DNA of 45,728 nt from Minisyncoccia bacterium (GTDB lineage Bacteria; Patescibacteriota; Minisyncoccia; Phycocordibacterales; UBA9973): contig JBBRTD010000005.1 of the NCBI GenBank assembly GCA_038244685.1, positions 1-45,728 of the forward strand, given 5' to 3'. Numbering within the stretch: the stretch's first letter is position 1; each line of letters opens with the position of its first letter. This document shows, piece after piece, positions 27,234 to 36,440 of this stretch. Both the position numbers and the translations under genes were made by a program. A model generated the notes under the pieces. It worked only from the letters and a program-made list of their open reading frames with translations, had not been told where the DNA came from and ran no database searches.

Positions 27234-27803
27234 ATGGGAACAGAAAGTCTTTTGTTGATATCCAATTTATTAAAAATTAATAATATTGGATTTGCTAAAT
27301 TACTATTTCAAAGTAATTTAGGTGTAGATGAGCTTTATGAGTGGGAGAACTCAAATATCTCGCTTAAACTAAATTTATTTTGTGAGAACAATAAACCATT
27401 CACTCTTGTTTTAAATTGGAAAGATTTCGATGACATCGAATGTGCAGAAAATGATGAATTCGAAAACTCAATTTGTATTATGAGTGGGATAAAAAGTTAC
27501 AATTCACAAAAAATGCTTGAAATTAAACTTTTCTTTCCGGGGTCATATTTTAATTGTGGCGAGTGCTACATCTTCGAATATGATAAAACAGAAGAATTAG
27601 ATGAAAAACCCATTGAATCTTATAATGGAAAAAATTTTCAGCCTAGCCAATTTGAAAATGAAAATTCAAAAATGGAAAGGATACGCCGGAGAAATTTATT
27701 ATTTGTTATTTTTGCGATTATTATTATTATTATCGCTGGATGTTATTATGTTGTAAAAAATCCAGAGATATCAAAGCAAGTAATTAATTTTTTTAGGTTT
27801 TAA
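27234..27803 (+). CDS. hypothetical protein with C-terminal TM
   Basis: Acidic N-domain then RRR plus TM helix; own promoter, leader hairpin and terminator. Confidence 0.75.
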   Translation: MGTESLLLISNLLKINNIGFAKLLFQSNLGVDELYEWENSNISLKLNLFCENNKPFTLVLNWKDFDDIECAENDEFENSICIMSGIKSYNSQKMLEIKLFFPGSYFNCGECYIFEYDKTEELDEKPIESYNGKNFQPSQFENENSKMERIRRRNLLFVIFAIIIIIIAGCYYVVKNPEISKQVINFFRF

Positions 27804-27925
27804 AATTTAAAAATGAATCACTATTAACCCTACGAAAACCCTACAGGTCATCGTAGGGTTTTTATTTTACTAATATATTCACAGAATATATTAGTATGGC
27901 TTTAATTTTATGATACAATTAAAAC

Positions 27926-28474
27926 ATGGAAACATTTAAATCAACTATATTTTCAATTTTAATTTTAGCTATATTTGGAGGAGCTATATATTGGTCTATA
28001 ACGACAATGCAATCAGGTTCTGGTTTTGTGGCAGACCAAAGAATAAAACAACTTAAAGTCGAGAATGAAAATCTTAAGAAAGAATTAAAAAATTCTACAG
28101 TTGAACCAGCCATTGTAGTTTCAGTACAACCGGACCCTGTTTCTGTTGCTCCTGTTGATGTTAAACCCCAAACTGAGAATAAACCAGTAGTGACACCTAC
28201 GACTTATAAATATCAGAGTTTAATAAATGAAATACAAAGTCTTATCAACAAGAACATTACCTTAAAACTTAAGGTCACTGGTACAAGTGTCGGTACATTG
28301 CAAAAGTTTTTAAATGTCTACAATAAAACCTCAAATAAAATTGATAATGATTATGGAAAAAGTTCTCAGACTTTAGTTATTGCTTTTCAAAAGTCTCAAA
28401 GCTTAACCGCCAACGGGGAAGTGAATGTTACTACTTTCAAAAAAATGATTGATTGGCTTAAAAAGCAGAATTAA
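27926..28474 (+). CDS. membrane-anchored protein with C-terminal peptidoglycan-binding (PG_binding_1-like) domain
   Basis: TM, coiled coil, P/V linker, VGTLQKFL...DNDYG...VIAFQKSQSLTANGEV. Confidence 0.85.
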   Translation: METFKSTIFSILILAIFGGAIYWSITTMQSGSGFVADQRIKQLKVENENLKKELKNSTVEPAIVVSVQPDPVSVAPVDVKPQTENKPVVTPTTYKYQSLINEIQSLINKNITLKLKVTGTSVGTLQKFLNVYNKTSNKIDNDYGKSSQTLVIAFQKSQSLTANGEVNVTTFKKMIDWLKKQN

Positions 28475-28645
28475 TTTCTAATATTATTTAATTAAATATT
28501 TTTGACAAAAAGCTATTATTATGCTATACTATAGAAGTATATGGTTCTTTGATGTTATTTTATTGGCTTAAATTGTTGGACCTTCTTAGTTTCTATTGGG
28601 GAATTAAGACGGTCCAACAATTCTGTTGCCCATAAATCTATACAA

Positions 28646-29116
28646 ATGAATACACTAGTTATTGTTGCTTTCATTGCTTCGGCAATATGTTATATCTATT
28701 TGGTAATTTTTGGTATCAGAGATACCATTATAGAGAAATTAACCAATCTGTATATTTATACCGATCCACATTTTGCGAATCGGAGTAAACATACGAGGAA
28801 TGATTGGGATAGTTTAAATTATGGTACTTTTATTAATAAGAGGCCAATAATTTTTGCACTACTTGTTAATGCCTTTTTCATATTAGGATTACCATTTTTT
28901 GCTGCAATATTTTCTGCCATTCTTTTTGGAAAGGTTCCAGTTTCTTCCGAAATAGAATCGTTGGCTAATGTGCAAATTATGGTAACAACTATCGCCTGGT
29001 ATTATCTATTCGCTGTCATCGGAGTGTTTTATCATATATTTTCTTTTAAGAAATATAAGAATAAAGCCTCAGAAGATAAGAGCTATTGGGAAGCTAAGTC
29101 TATACTCATGGGTTAA
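28646..29116 (+). CDS. hypothetical 3-TM membrane protein
   Basis: Three hydrophobic segments; own promoter, leader hairpin and terminator. Confidence 0.75.
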   Translation: MNTLVIVAFIASAICYIYLVIFGIRDTIIEKLTNLYIYTDPHFANRSKHTRNDWDSLNYGTFINKRPIIFALLVNAFFILGLPFFAAIFSAILFGKVPVSSEIESLANVQIMVTTIAWYYLFAVIGVFYHIFSFKKYKNKASEDKSYWEAKSILMG

Positions 29117-29295
29117 ATAAATGACCGATTGATTATAGATGATTTATTTAATTTGTATAAAGTGCAAACCGTCTTTTAACAAAACCGTTAAAGGGCGGTT
29201 TTTTTATTTAGAATAAATAATATTGACAAAATGTATTTAAGGTTGTAATATAAAGGAAAAATTAATTATAGTATTAACTTCTAATTTAATTTAAA

Positions 29296-29622
29296 ATGGT
29301 TTATTTAAAAAAAGTATCTTTGGTTTTATTACCCGATGGAACCGTAAATATTATTCCATTGGAGGTAATATCTGATTGCCAGATTATAATTCCAAACAAC
29401 GATTTGGGAATATGGGTTCATGAGGAAACCACGCCAGGTTTATCTTTTGATGGTTCAGGAGAACACAATAAGGTAAGAGACATAACTCAAGAAGACATTG
29501 CTGCTATTATTAAAAATGGTGGACAAAGTTTGATTGAAGTAAATTATTACAATAAACTTAGTACACCAACTTGTTTTGGTGGAAGCAAAAGAGTTGTTTT
29601 ACATTTAAAATCAATCCAATGA
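29296..29622 (+). CDS. hypothetical protein
   Basis: TTGACA-17-TAATAT promoter; ATGA coupling to next gene. Confidence 0.75.
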   Translation: MVYLKKVSLVLLPDGTVNIIPLEVISDCQIIIPNNDLGIWVHEETTPGLSFDGSGEHNKVRDITQEDIAAIIKNGGQSLIEVNYYNKLSTPTCFGGSKRVVLHLKSIQ

Positions 29623-29936
29623 AAGCAATCGTGCGCTATCAGGATAAAATTGATTTATCTATTCAAAAAGGAATAACTCCTTATTCTTTAATAAACGTTT
29701 ACGGGATAATGTTTGTATTGAAACTTATTAATTCTCTTATTAAAACTGATAAGAAAAATAAGATGAAGACGATACCCATGCTTTATCCTAAAAGAATGAA
29801 AGAAGGAGAGATTGAGAGCTACCTCGAAAAACTAAAAGAAGCCGGCTTTAGAATTGCTGGCTGGTACGAAGATTTCATCGACGAAGACACTAGTGATATT
29901 GTTGAAGTTCAAAGATGGAAAATTTATTACCTGTAA
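29619..29936 (+). CDS. hypothetical protein with C-terminal WxEDFIDEDT motif
   Basis: ATG 29619 overlaps upstream TGA; terminator 29954-29983. Confidence 0.75.
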   Translation: MKAIVRYQDKIDLSIQKGITPYSLINVYGIMFVLKLINSLIKTDKKNKMKTIPMLYPKRMKEGEIESYLEKLKEAGFRIAGWYEDFIDEDTSDIVEVQRWKIYYL

Positions 29937-29991
29937 ATAAAAATGTATTATAACGGCCCCATGCTAATTGTATGGGGCTGTTTTATATTAA

Positions 29992-30621
29992 TTATATTTC
30001 TGACTTAATAGCCGTTACAACTAGACGTTTATCGTGAGTATGAAATTCAGGGATCCAAGTGCCGGAACAAGTTATAAGTTTTAGATAATATCCATCGTTT
30101 TGATTAAAGACAGTATCCGCTGATGAATTATAGTCATATTCTGAAGATGAAATAACAGTAAAATGAACTTTTTTACCTTCTATCATTTCCACATAAATAT
30201 CATCTCCAATTTTAATATCATTTAAGTTACCAAAAACAGCCTTGAATCCTAGTCCATTGTTTACATGTCCAGCTATAATGGCACTTCCTTTTTCTCCAGG
30301 ATAAGTTCCATATTTATAAAGTCCGACGTCAAAGAAATTATTTGGGGTAGACATGTTGCCACGTTTAGTAATTCCAACATTCTGTATTTTTGTACTAATT
30401 TTTAAAGATGGGATGGTAAGCCTTGGAGTAAATTCGCTATTATTAATTTGTTTCTGGGGAATAGGCGAAATGTTTTCTGAAGGTTTCTTTTCGTAAGTAG
30501 CAGGAAGTAATATTTCATCGTTTGGAGAAAAATATATGAAAGTTGTAATAATATAACTAAACGTGACTATGGTCACTGTCGAGAGAAAAATTATTTTAAT
30601 TTTATCATTTAATTTTTTCAT
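29992..30621 (-). CDS. class F sortase
   Basis: N-terminal TM; PGEKGSAIIAGHV (His), LITCSG (Cys), KRLVV (Arg). Confidence 0.92.
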   Translation of the reverse strand: MKKLNDKIKIIFLSTVTIVTFSYIITTFIYFSPNDEILLPATYEKKPSENISPIPQKQINNSEFTPRLTIPSLKISTKIQNVGITKRGNMSTPNNFFDVGLYKYGTYPGEKGSAIIAGHVNNGLGFKAVFGNLNDIKIGDDIYVEMIEGKKVHFTVISSSEYDYNSSADTVFNQNDGYYLKLITCSGTWIPEFHTHDKRLVVTAIKSEI

Positions 30622-30636
30622 ATATAAATATAAAAT

Positions 30637-30673
30637 AGAAGGACGAGCATATATTTATATGCTCGTCCTTCTT
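30637..30673 (-). terminator. hairpin between substrate and sortase genes
   Basis: AGAAGGACGAGCATAT...ATATGCTCGTCCTTCT. Confidence 0.7.
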
Positions 30674-30681
30674 AATAACCT

Positions 30682-31164
30682 TTAGGCTGCATTTTTTTGA
30701 CGAGCAGCATAAGCCATACCACTAATTATAATTAATCCAACTGTTAATAACAACAATAAAGCTATCGCCAATGTTGGACCACCAGTACCTGTGGTTGGAA
30801 ATCCTGGCGTCGTATTTGGGTTTGCATAAATTGTTGTCGCAACATTGGTTCCATTACAAGGAGCAGACGTCATCGTGCTGTAGCCATAAGTTGAAGTACA
30901 TCCTGCTAAGTAAGGGATAGCTTCAGATGCACCACTACAAGGAATCCCACTTGTAATACTATAGCCTATAGGACTTGCACATCCGATTATTGCCATTGTA
31001 GCGCTAGATGTTCCATTGCAAGGTAATCCTGATGTAATACTATATCCAATAGCAGAAGAACATCCATTTGGAAATGTTACAGCTGCATGCACCTTAGTTG
31101 CTAGGAAGGCTGAGGCTGTAAATACAAATATAAATGCAAATAAGAATAAAATAATTTTTTTCAT
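30682..31164 (-). CDS. putative sortase substrate with three Cys-pair repeats and FPTTG sorting signal
   Basis: Signal peptide (VHA); 3x GCxSxxGYSxxxxxPCxG; FPTTG, TM helix, RQK tail. Confidence 0.85.
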   Translation of the reverse strand: MKKIILFLFAFIFVFTASAFLATKVHAAVTFPNGCSSAIGYSITSGLPCNGTSSATMAIIGCASPIGYSITSGIPCSGASEAIPYLAGCTSTYGYSTMTSAPCNGTNVATTIYANPNTTPGFPTTGTGGPTLAIALLLLLTVGLIIISGMAYAARQKNAA

Positions 31165-31461
31165 AGAAATTATAAATTAAATAATTAATGTTAATAATCT
31201 AAAGAGTCTATTTATCAAACACTACGACTATTTTGTTTTGAGAATAAACTCCGTAAAGTGAATTTATTATTTATATGTCCTTTCTCTGGGTGACAATCAA
31301 ACCTTATATCTTAATTTTATCCTTATTAACTTAGTTGTCAATAAAGTTACCCCCTTATAAAAAGTTATAAAATATGGCTATTTTAAGGTGAATCTATTCT
31401 TGCTTTTATCTTAAAATCTTCTATCATTATATAAGTAGTATTAATAATTAATTTTAAATAT

Positions 31462-32214
31462 ATGACTTTATATATAATTTTGGGAATAGTGTTGGTATTA
31501 ATAGCTTCAGGGCTTAGAGTTGTAAAGCAGTATGAAAGAGGAGTAATATTTTTCTTGGGTAAGTGTACTGGAGTAAGAGGCCCAGGTCTTATATTTATAA
31601 TTCCAGTCTTTGAGCAAATGACGAAAGTAACAATGCGTACAGTAACGATGGCAGTTCCTTCTCAGAAAATTATTACGAAAGATAATGTTTCTATTGATAT
31701 CGCAGCTGTGGCTTACTATCATGTTGTTGATCCTGTGAAATCAGTAATTGCTATTGAAGATGTCTTTAATGCTGTAAATCAGATAAGTCAGACAACTGTT
31801 CGAAACGTTGTTGGTCAATTTAAGCTCGATCAACTTCTTTCTCAGACCGTTGATATAAATATGCAAATTAAGAATGTTATTGATTCTCATACAGAGCCAT
31901 GGGGAGCTGAAGTTACAGCTGTAGAAATAAAAGATATTTTTCTTCCAGAGAATATGCAAAGAGCAATGGCCAAAGAAGCTGAAGCAGAAAGAGAAAGAAG
32001 AGCAAAAATAGTAGCAGCCGAAGGAGAGTTTCAGGCAGCAGAGAAGCTAGGACAGGCGGCTGATCTTATTTCTAAGCATCCAGTTGCATTACAACTTCGT
32101 ACCTTACAAACAATGGCAGAAATTAGTGTTGAGAAAAATTCTACAATTATATTCCCAGCTCAATTTATGACAACTGTGGCCGAAGCCGTTAAGCTTATAA
32201 AAGGCGAAATTTAA
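31462..32214 (+). CDS. SPFH/stomatin-like (slipin) protein
   Basis: KQYERGV, GPGL, ITKDNV, AEAERERRAK, ALQLRTLQT. Confidence 0.95.
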   Translation: MTLYIILGIVLVLIASGLRVVKQYERGVIFFLGKCTGVRGPGLIFIIPVFEQMTKVTMRTVTMAVPSQKIITKDNVSIDIAAVAYYHVVDPVKSVIAIEDVFNAVNQISQTTVRNVVGQFKLDQLLSQTVDINMQIKNVIDSHTEPWGAEVTAVEIKDIFLPENMQRAMAKEAEAERERRAKIVAAEGEFQAAEKLGQAADLISKHPVALQLRTLQTMAEISVEKNSTIIFPAQFMTTVAEAVKLIKGEI

Positions 32215-32228
32215 TAATTAAATATAAT

Positions 32229-32675
32229 ATGACGGAAATACCAAAAGAAATATCACAAGAAAGTAAGGCAACATGGCATGATAAACATAAACAATCAATG
32301 ACAATGGGGGATAGAATTGCTGACTCTGTAGCTAGTAATATGGGTTCTTGGAGATTTATTATTATTCAGACAATTTTTGTTATCATCTGGATGATATTTA
32401 ATATTATTGCTTTTATTGGCCATTGGGATCCGTATCCATTTATTCTTCTTAACTTAATTTTCTCAACACAGGCTGCTTATGCTGCTCCTATAATTATGAT
32501 GGCTCAAAATCGTCAGAATGAACGCGATCGTCATCAAGCTATGAATGATTATGAGACAAATCTTAAGGCAAAGTTTGAAATTGAAAAACTTCAGAAGGAA
32601 ATTTCACTTATGGATGATCAAAAACTTGAAACAATTATAAGGTTAGTAACAGAATTAAAAAATACAACAAAGTAA
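32229..32675 (+). CDS. DUF1003 membrane protein
   Basis: GSWRFII, DPYPFILLNL.FS.QAAYAAPIIMMAQNRQ. Confidence 0.92.
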   Translation: MTEIPKEISQESKATWHDKHKQSMTMGDRIADSVASNMGSWRFIIIQTIFVIIWMIFNIIAFIGHWDPYPFILLNLIFSTQAAYAAPIIMMAQNRQNERDRHQAMNDYETNLKAKFEIEKLQKEISLMDDQKLETIIRLVTELKNTTK

Positions 32676-32709
32676 TTTTTTGTTTGTGATTTAGTGTTAT
32701 ACTGTTTTT

Positions 32710-33633
32710 ATGAATAAAGTAAAAATAGTAATAATTGCATTAGTTCTAACCATAGTATTAATACTAGGTTTATCGATATATAAATTTAATTTCACGAATG
32801 ATGACATCTATCTTCCAAGTGAAAATCAGATAAATACGTATGACGCTACCTATACGATAAATGGAGAAAAAGTAACGCTTAAAAATGGAATATCTGAAGT
32901 TTCTTCTGCTCCAGGATCGGCTTCAAAAATAATTACTCGATATTTTGGTAATGACGTTTTGTATGATTTCGATAATGACGGGAGGAAGGATTTAGCCTTT
33001 ATTTTAACTCAAGAAACAGGAGGAAGTGGCACTTTCTACTACATAGTTGCTCTTTTGAACACAGTAAACGGACCACAAGGTGGCAATGGGCTTTTATTGG
33101 GGGATAGAATCGCCCCAGAGACGTCAGAAATGAGCAAAGGGAACATTATCGTAGTTAACTACGCTGATAGAAAACCAGGGGAAGATTTCTCAATACAGCC
33201 ATCAATTGCGAAAAGTTTGTGGTTATTATTAGACATAAAAACTATGCAATTTGGTGAAGTTGTACAAAATTTTGAAGGAGAAGCTGATACTTTAAAGATG
33301 ACCCTTGGTATGAAAACTTGGAGTTGGATTAATACTGTATATTCTGATGATAGAATTGTTAAGCCTATAGTAGAGAATAAATTTAAACTTACTTTTAAAA
33401 AGGATAAGACTTTTTCTGCCTCAACAGATTGTAATGGTGTAGGAGGTGAATACAGTGTAGATACAAATAAAATAACATTTAGTAATATGATCTCAACTCA
33501 AATGTTTTGTGAAAATTCACTAGAGAAAGATTTTACGAAGATGTTAAGCGAGACACAAAGTTATCTGTTTACTTCAAAAGGTGAATTAGTTTTAATATTA
33601 AAATATGATAGTGGTAGTGTCTTTTTCCGATAG
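32710..33633 (+). CDS. META (HslJ-like) domain protein
   Basis: C-terminal STDCN...STQMFC; N-domain GGSGTFYY/LGDRI. Confidence 0.85.
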   Translation: MNKVKIVIIALVLTIVLILGLSIYKFNFTNDDIYLPSENQINTYDATYTINGEKVTLKNGISEVSSAPGSASKIITRYFGNDVLYDFDNDGRKDLAFILTQETGGSGTFYYIVALLNTVNGPQGGNGLLLGDRIAPETSEMSKGNIIVVNYADRKPGEDFSIQPSIAKSLWLLLDIKTMQFGEVVQNFEGEADTLKMTLGMKTWSWINTVYSDDRIVKPIVENKFKLTFKKDKTFSASTDCNGVGGEYSVDTNKITFSNMISTQMFCENSLEKDFTKMLSETQSYLFTSKGELVLILKYDSGSVFFR

Positions 33634-33663
33634 ATAAAATTTATTAATTAATTTATAAAAAAT

Positions 33664-33894
33664 ATGAAAGAAGAATTTAAAGTAAATGGAGAAGATTTAT
33701 TAAAAAAGGTGAAAGAACTAATCCACGAAGGGAATATACGAAAACTAAGTATCAAGGATGAAAATGATAAAACTATAGTTGAAATTCCCTTAACGTATGG
33801 CGCTATTGGAGCACTTATAGCTCCTGTCTTGGCTGTAGTAGGAGCTCTTGCTGCCTTACTTACTAGATGTACTATTGTTGTTGAGAAAAAGTAA
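33664..33894 (+). CDS. DUF4342 protein
   Basis: KVKELIHEGNIRK, EIPLT.G, CTIVVE. Confidence 0.88.
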   Translation: MKEEFKVNGEDLLKKVKELIHEGNIRKLSIKDENDKTIVEIPLTYGAIGALIAPVLAVVGALAALLTRCTIVVEKK

Positions 33895-33931
33895 TCAAAT
33901 ATCTATAAATCTTAAGTATTAAATGAAAATA

Positions 33932-34543
33932 TTATATATTTTCATTTAATTTGGTGATAACTTTTTTCCAAAATAATGACAAAACTAAAGCTATTAACAG
34001 GAAGAGTACAATTGTAAAATCACCAATTATTTTATTAACAGCCTGCCAACTATTACCAAAAGAATATCCAACGATAGTGTAGAATAATACATTCGCAAAA
34101 GTTCCAAGAATTTCAAATTTTAGAAATTTTTTATAAGATATTTTACTAATACCACAGATTAAATTTATACTTAAAGTCGAAATAACTTCAAATCGACTAA
34201 TAAATATTATTAAACCAGGACGTTTAATAATATTTTTTTCTATTAAATTAAAGTTATTTGATTTGAATATTCTATTTACGAATAGAATTCTTGATAAATA
34301 TTTTTTGCCGTATAGTCTTGCTAGCCAATACAATAAGCTGTCGCCAATTAAATTTGCTATAACAACGATGGAAAGTAGAATTGCTATATTGAAATACCCC
34401 TGACTTGCGAAGGCAGCAGAAGCGACAAGAAGTGTGCCAGCTGGAATAGGCAGTGATGATGCAGCGAGAAAAGTTATAACAAATAAAGCCCAGTATTTAT
34501 AGAGTAATATATAAGGTATTAATGCTTGAACTAAAAAATCCAT
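33932..34543 (-). CDS. DedA/VTT family membrane protein
   Basis: LPIPA, GDSLLYWLAR, SRF, GYSFG motifs. Confidence 0.9.
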   Translation of the reverse strand: MDFLVQALIPYILLYKYWALFVITFLAASSLPIPAGTLLVASAAFASQGYFNIAILLSIVVIANLIGDSLLYWLARLYGKKYLSRILFVNRIFKSNNFNLIEKNIIKRPGLIIFISRFEVISTLSINLICGISKISYKKFLKFEILGTFANVLFYTIVGYSFGNSWQAVNKIIGDFTIVLFLLIALVLSLFWKKVITKLNENI

Positions 34544-34544
34544 T

Positions 34545-34943
34545 CTATTTTGTCATGGAGTAATTAGTAATGACTTGTTCAATTTTATTTAAAAACATTG
34601 ATGAATCAATATTGTTGTGTCTTGTATAATTATCTATACGTATATTTGGATATCTAGGGTCATTGATATTAAGAGTATCCCGAAGATACATTTTGGGTAA
34701 TTTAAAAATAACGTTTATGTAATCAAAAGTCATCCAAGTTTTTATAGTATTTAAATTAATAGTATGGCGAAGACGAGTAGGGTAACCTTTCCTTAGGCTG
34801 TAATCTATTGTTAGCTCTCCTTTTTTATGGAAATTTTTAATTGTAGCGATAAACCAAATAATGGAAACCGAACATAGGAGTATAAGAATAAAGACAATTG
34901 TTTTCTTAACAATAATTTTTTTATCTTGAAAAAGATTTTTCAT
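34545..34943 (-). CDS. hypothetical TM protein coupled to the DedA gene
   Basis: N-terminal TM; WMTFDYIN..F.LP..YL motif; stop 1 nt before DedA start. Confidence 0.8.
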   Translation of the reverse strand: MKNLFQDKKIIVKKTIVFILILLCSVSIIWFIATIKNFHKKGELTIDYSLRKGYPTRLRHTINLNTIKTWMTFDYINVIFKLPKMYLRDTLNINDPRYPNIRIDNYTRHNNIDSSMFLNKIEQVITNYSMTK

Positions 34944-35050
34944 ATTTTTATTATATCAGTTGTTTCATCTTTATTACAAATTATGGCTTGTTTGACAATT
35001 ATTATTATAAAGAATACTCTGAGTTAAAATGTCTCACTAATAATTTAATC

Positions 35051-35446
35051 ATGGGGAAACATGAAATTATTACACAAGAACATCATCGGAGGCCTCGGTC
35101 TATTGGAGGAAAAAATACGAAAGCAAATATCTCCAATGTTAAAAACAGGCTTCATCGCGCTTGGCACGTGCTTGTCGGGAACAAAAATGCCTATCAGACT
35201 TGTATCTTTTTTAATAATGTAAAGTACAAACCCAAAAATGTAAACCTGGTTTGTAAATTTATTAATGGTTCACAAGTTCAAGGAAGTGGAGGAAATAGCT
35301 CAAATAATGATACCCTCATTTCTTATGCCTGGATAACCTTATTCAGGGGAATGTCCTTTAAAGAGATTATTAATTATGTAAACAATGTATTTCTTGATCC
35401 AAGTTATCATATATACATTGAATATGTAACCGTATCTAATGTTTAA
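35051..35446 (+). CDS. HNH-like (His-Me finger) protein
   Basis: HHRRPRSIGG...NIS.V...HRAWH; ATG 35051 lies after TTGACA-17-TACTCT. Confidence 0.65.
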   Translation: MGKHEIITQEHHRRPRSIGGKNTKANISNVKNRLHRAWHVLVGNKNAYQTCIFFNNVKYKPKNVNLVCKFINGSQVQGSGGNSSNNDTLISYAWITLFRGMSFKEIINYVNNVFLDPSYHIYIEYVTVSNV

Positions 35447-35542
35447 TACAAACAGGCTCAACTCCGAGCCTGTTTTTTAATCTTGATTTTTTATATAATA
35501 TATGTTATAATAATTTAAATTTGTTAATTTAAAAAAAGTAAT

Positions 35543-36409
35543 ATGAAAGAACTAAGACTAGTTAGGAAAATGAACCCTTCAGACATCGCTTCTGTCGAAA
35601 GGTATTTGCATGAGATTAATAAAATTCCACTAATTTCCGTAGAAGAAGAAGTTGAACTTGCTGTAAGGATTCATAATGGTGATAATGATGCTTTGTGTAA
35701 ACTCGTAAATGCAAATTTACGATTTGTCGTTTCAATTGCAGTCCAGTATCAAAACAGAGGGCTTAGTCTCCCAGATTTAATCAATGAAGGGAATTTAGGT
35801 ATAATGATTGCCGCTCAAAGATTTGATGAAACTAAAGGTTTTAAATTTATTTCTTATGCTGTTCAGTGGATTCGCCAGTCAATAATTGTGGCCATCTCTG
35901 ATCAAACGAGAATAATAAGAATTCCTTTAAATCATCACAGTAATATGTGGAAGATTAAAACAAAAAGCGAAGATTTTATTCAAGCAAGTGGAGGTGTAGA
36001 AGCTTCCGTAGAAGAGTTATCGGAAAAGTTGGGTATTGCTGAGAAAGTTCTAAGCGATTCAATTTCAGCCTATTCAACAAACTATTCTTCTTTAGATAGA
36101 AGTTACAGAGGAGGAGATGATGAAAATTGTTTACTGGATGTCTTAGTAGATAACGATTCTCCAAATCCTGATAAAAAGCTAATTGTTGAATCACTTAAAT
36201 CAGAAATTGATAGAGTATTTTTAACTCTAAAAGGTCAGGAGTCGGATGTTCTTTCAATGTTTTTTGGTATACACTGTCAAGAAATGACGGTATATCAAAT
36301 AGCCCAAAGAATAGGTGTAAAAGAAAGCCGAGTCAAGCAAATTATATGCGAGACTAAAAAAAAGATAAGGAATTCAGACCGATGTAAGGTTTTGGAAACT
36401 TATCTTTAG
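35543..36409 (+). CDS. RNA polymerase sigma-70 factor, Bacteroidetes primary-sigma type (no region 1.1)
   Basis: YLHEI, EEEVELA, ANLRFVVSIA, DLINEGNLG, FDETKGFKFISYAV.WIRQSI, LLDVL.DNDSP.PD, MFFGI; 288 aa. Confidence 0.93.
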   Translation: MKELRLVRKMNPSDIASVERYLHEINKIPLISVEEEVELAVRIHNGDNDALCKLVNANLRFVVSIAVQYQNRGLSLPDLINEGNLGIMIAAQRFDETKGFKFISYAVQWIRQSIIVAISDQTRIIRIPLNHHSNMWKIKTKSEDFIQASGGVEASVEELSEKLGIAEKVLSDSISAYSTNYSSLDRSYRGGDDENCLLDVLVDNDSPNPDKKLIVESLKSEIDRVFLTLKGQESDVLSMFFGIHCQEMTVYQIAQRIGVKESRVKQIICETKKKIRNSDRCKVLETYL

Positions 36410-36440
36410 AATTGTGCTACCTATGCTTAATCAAATAATT

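Noticed and set aside
18387-29936. Prophage
   Set aside because: No integrase, terminase, capsid or tail genes; phage-like ORFs are isolated among cellular genes
31262-31305. preQ1 or c-di-GMP riboswitch in the sortase-substrate leader
   Set aside because: A short stem with an A-rich tail is present, but conserved aptamer nucleotides are not recognisable
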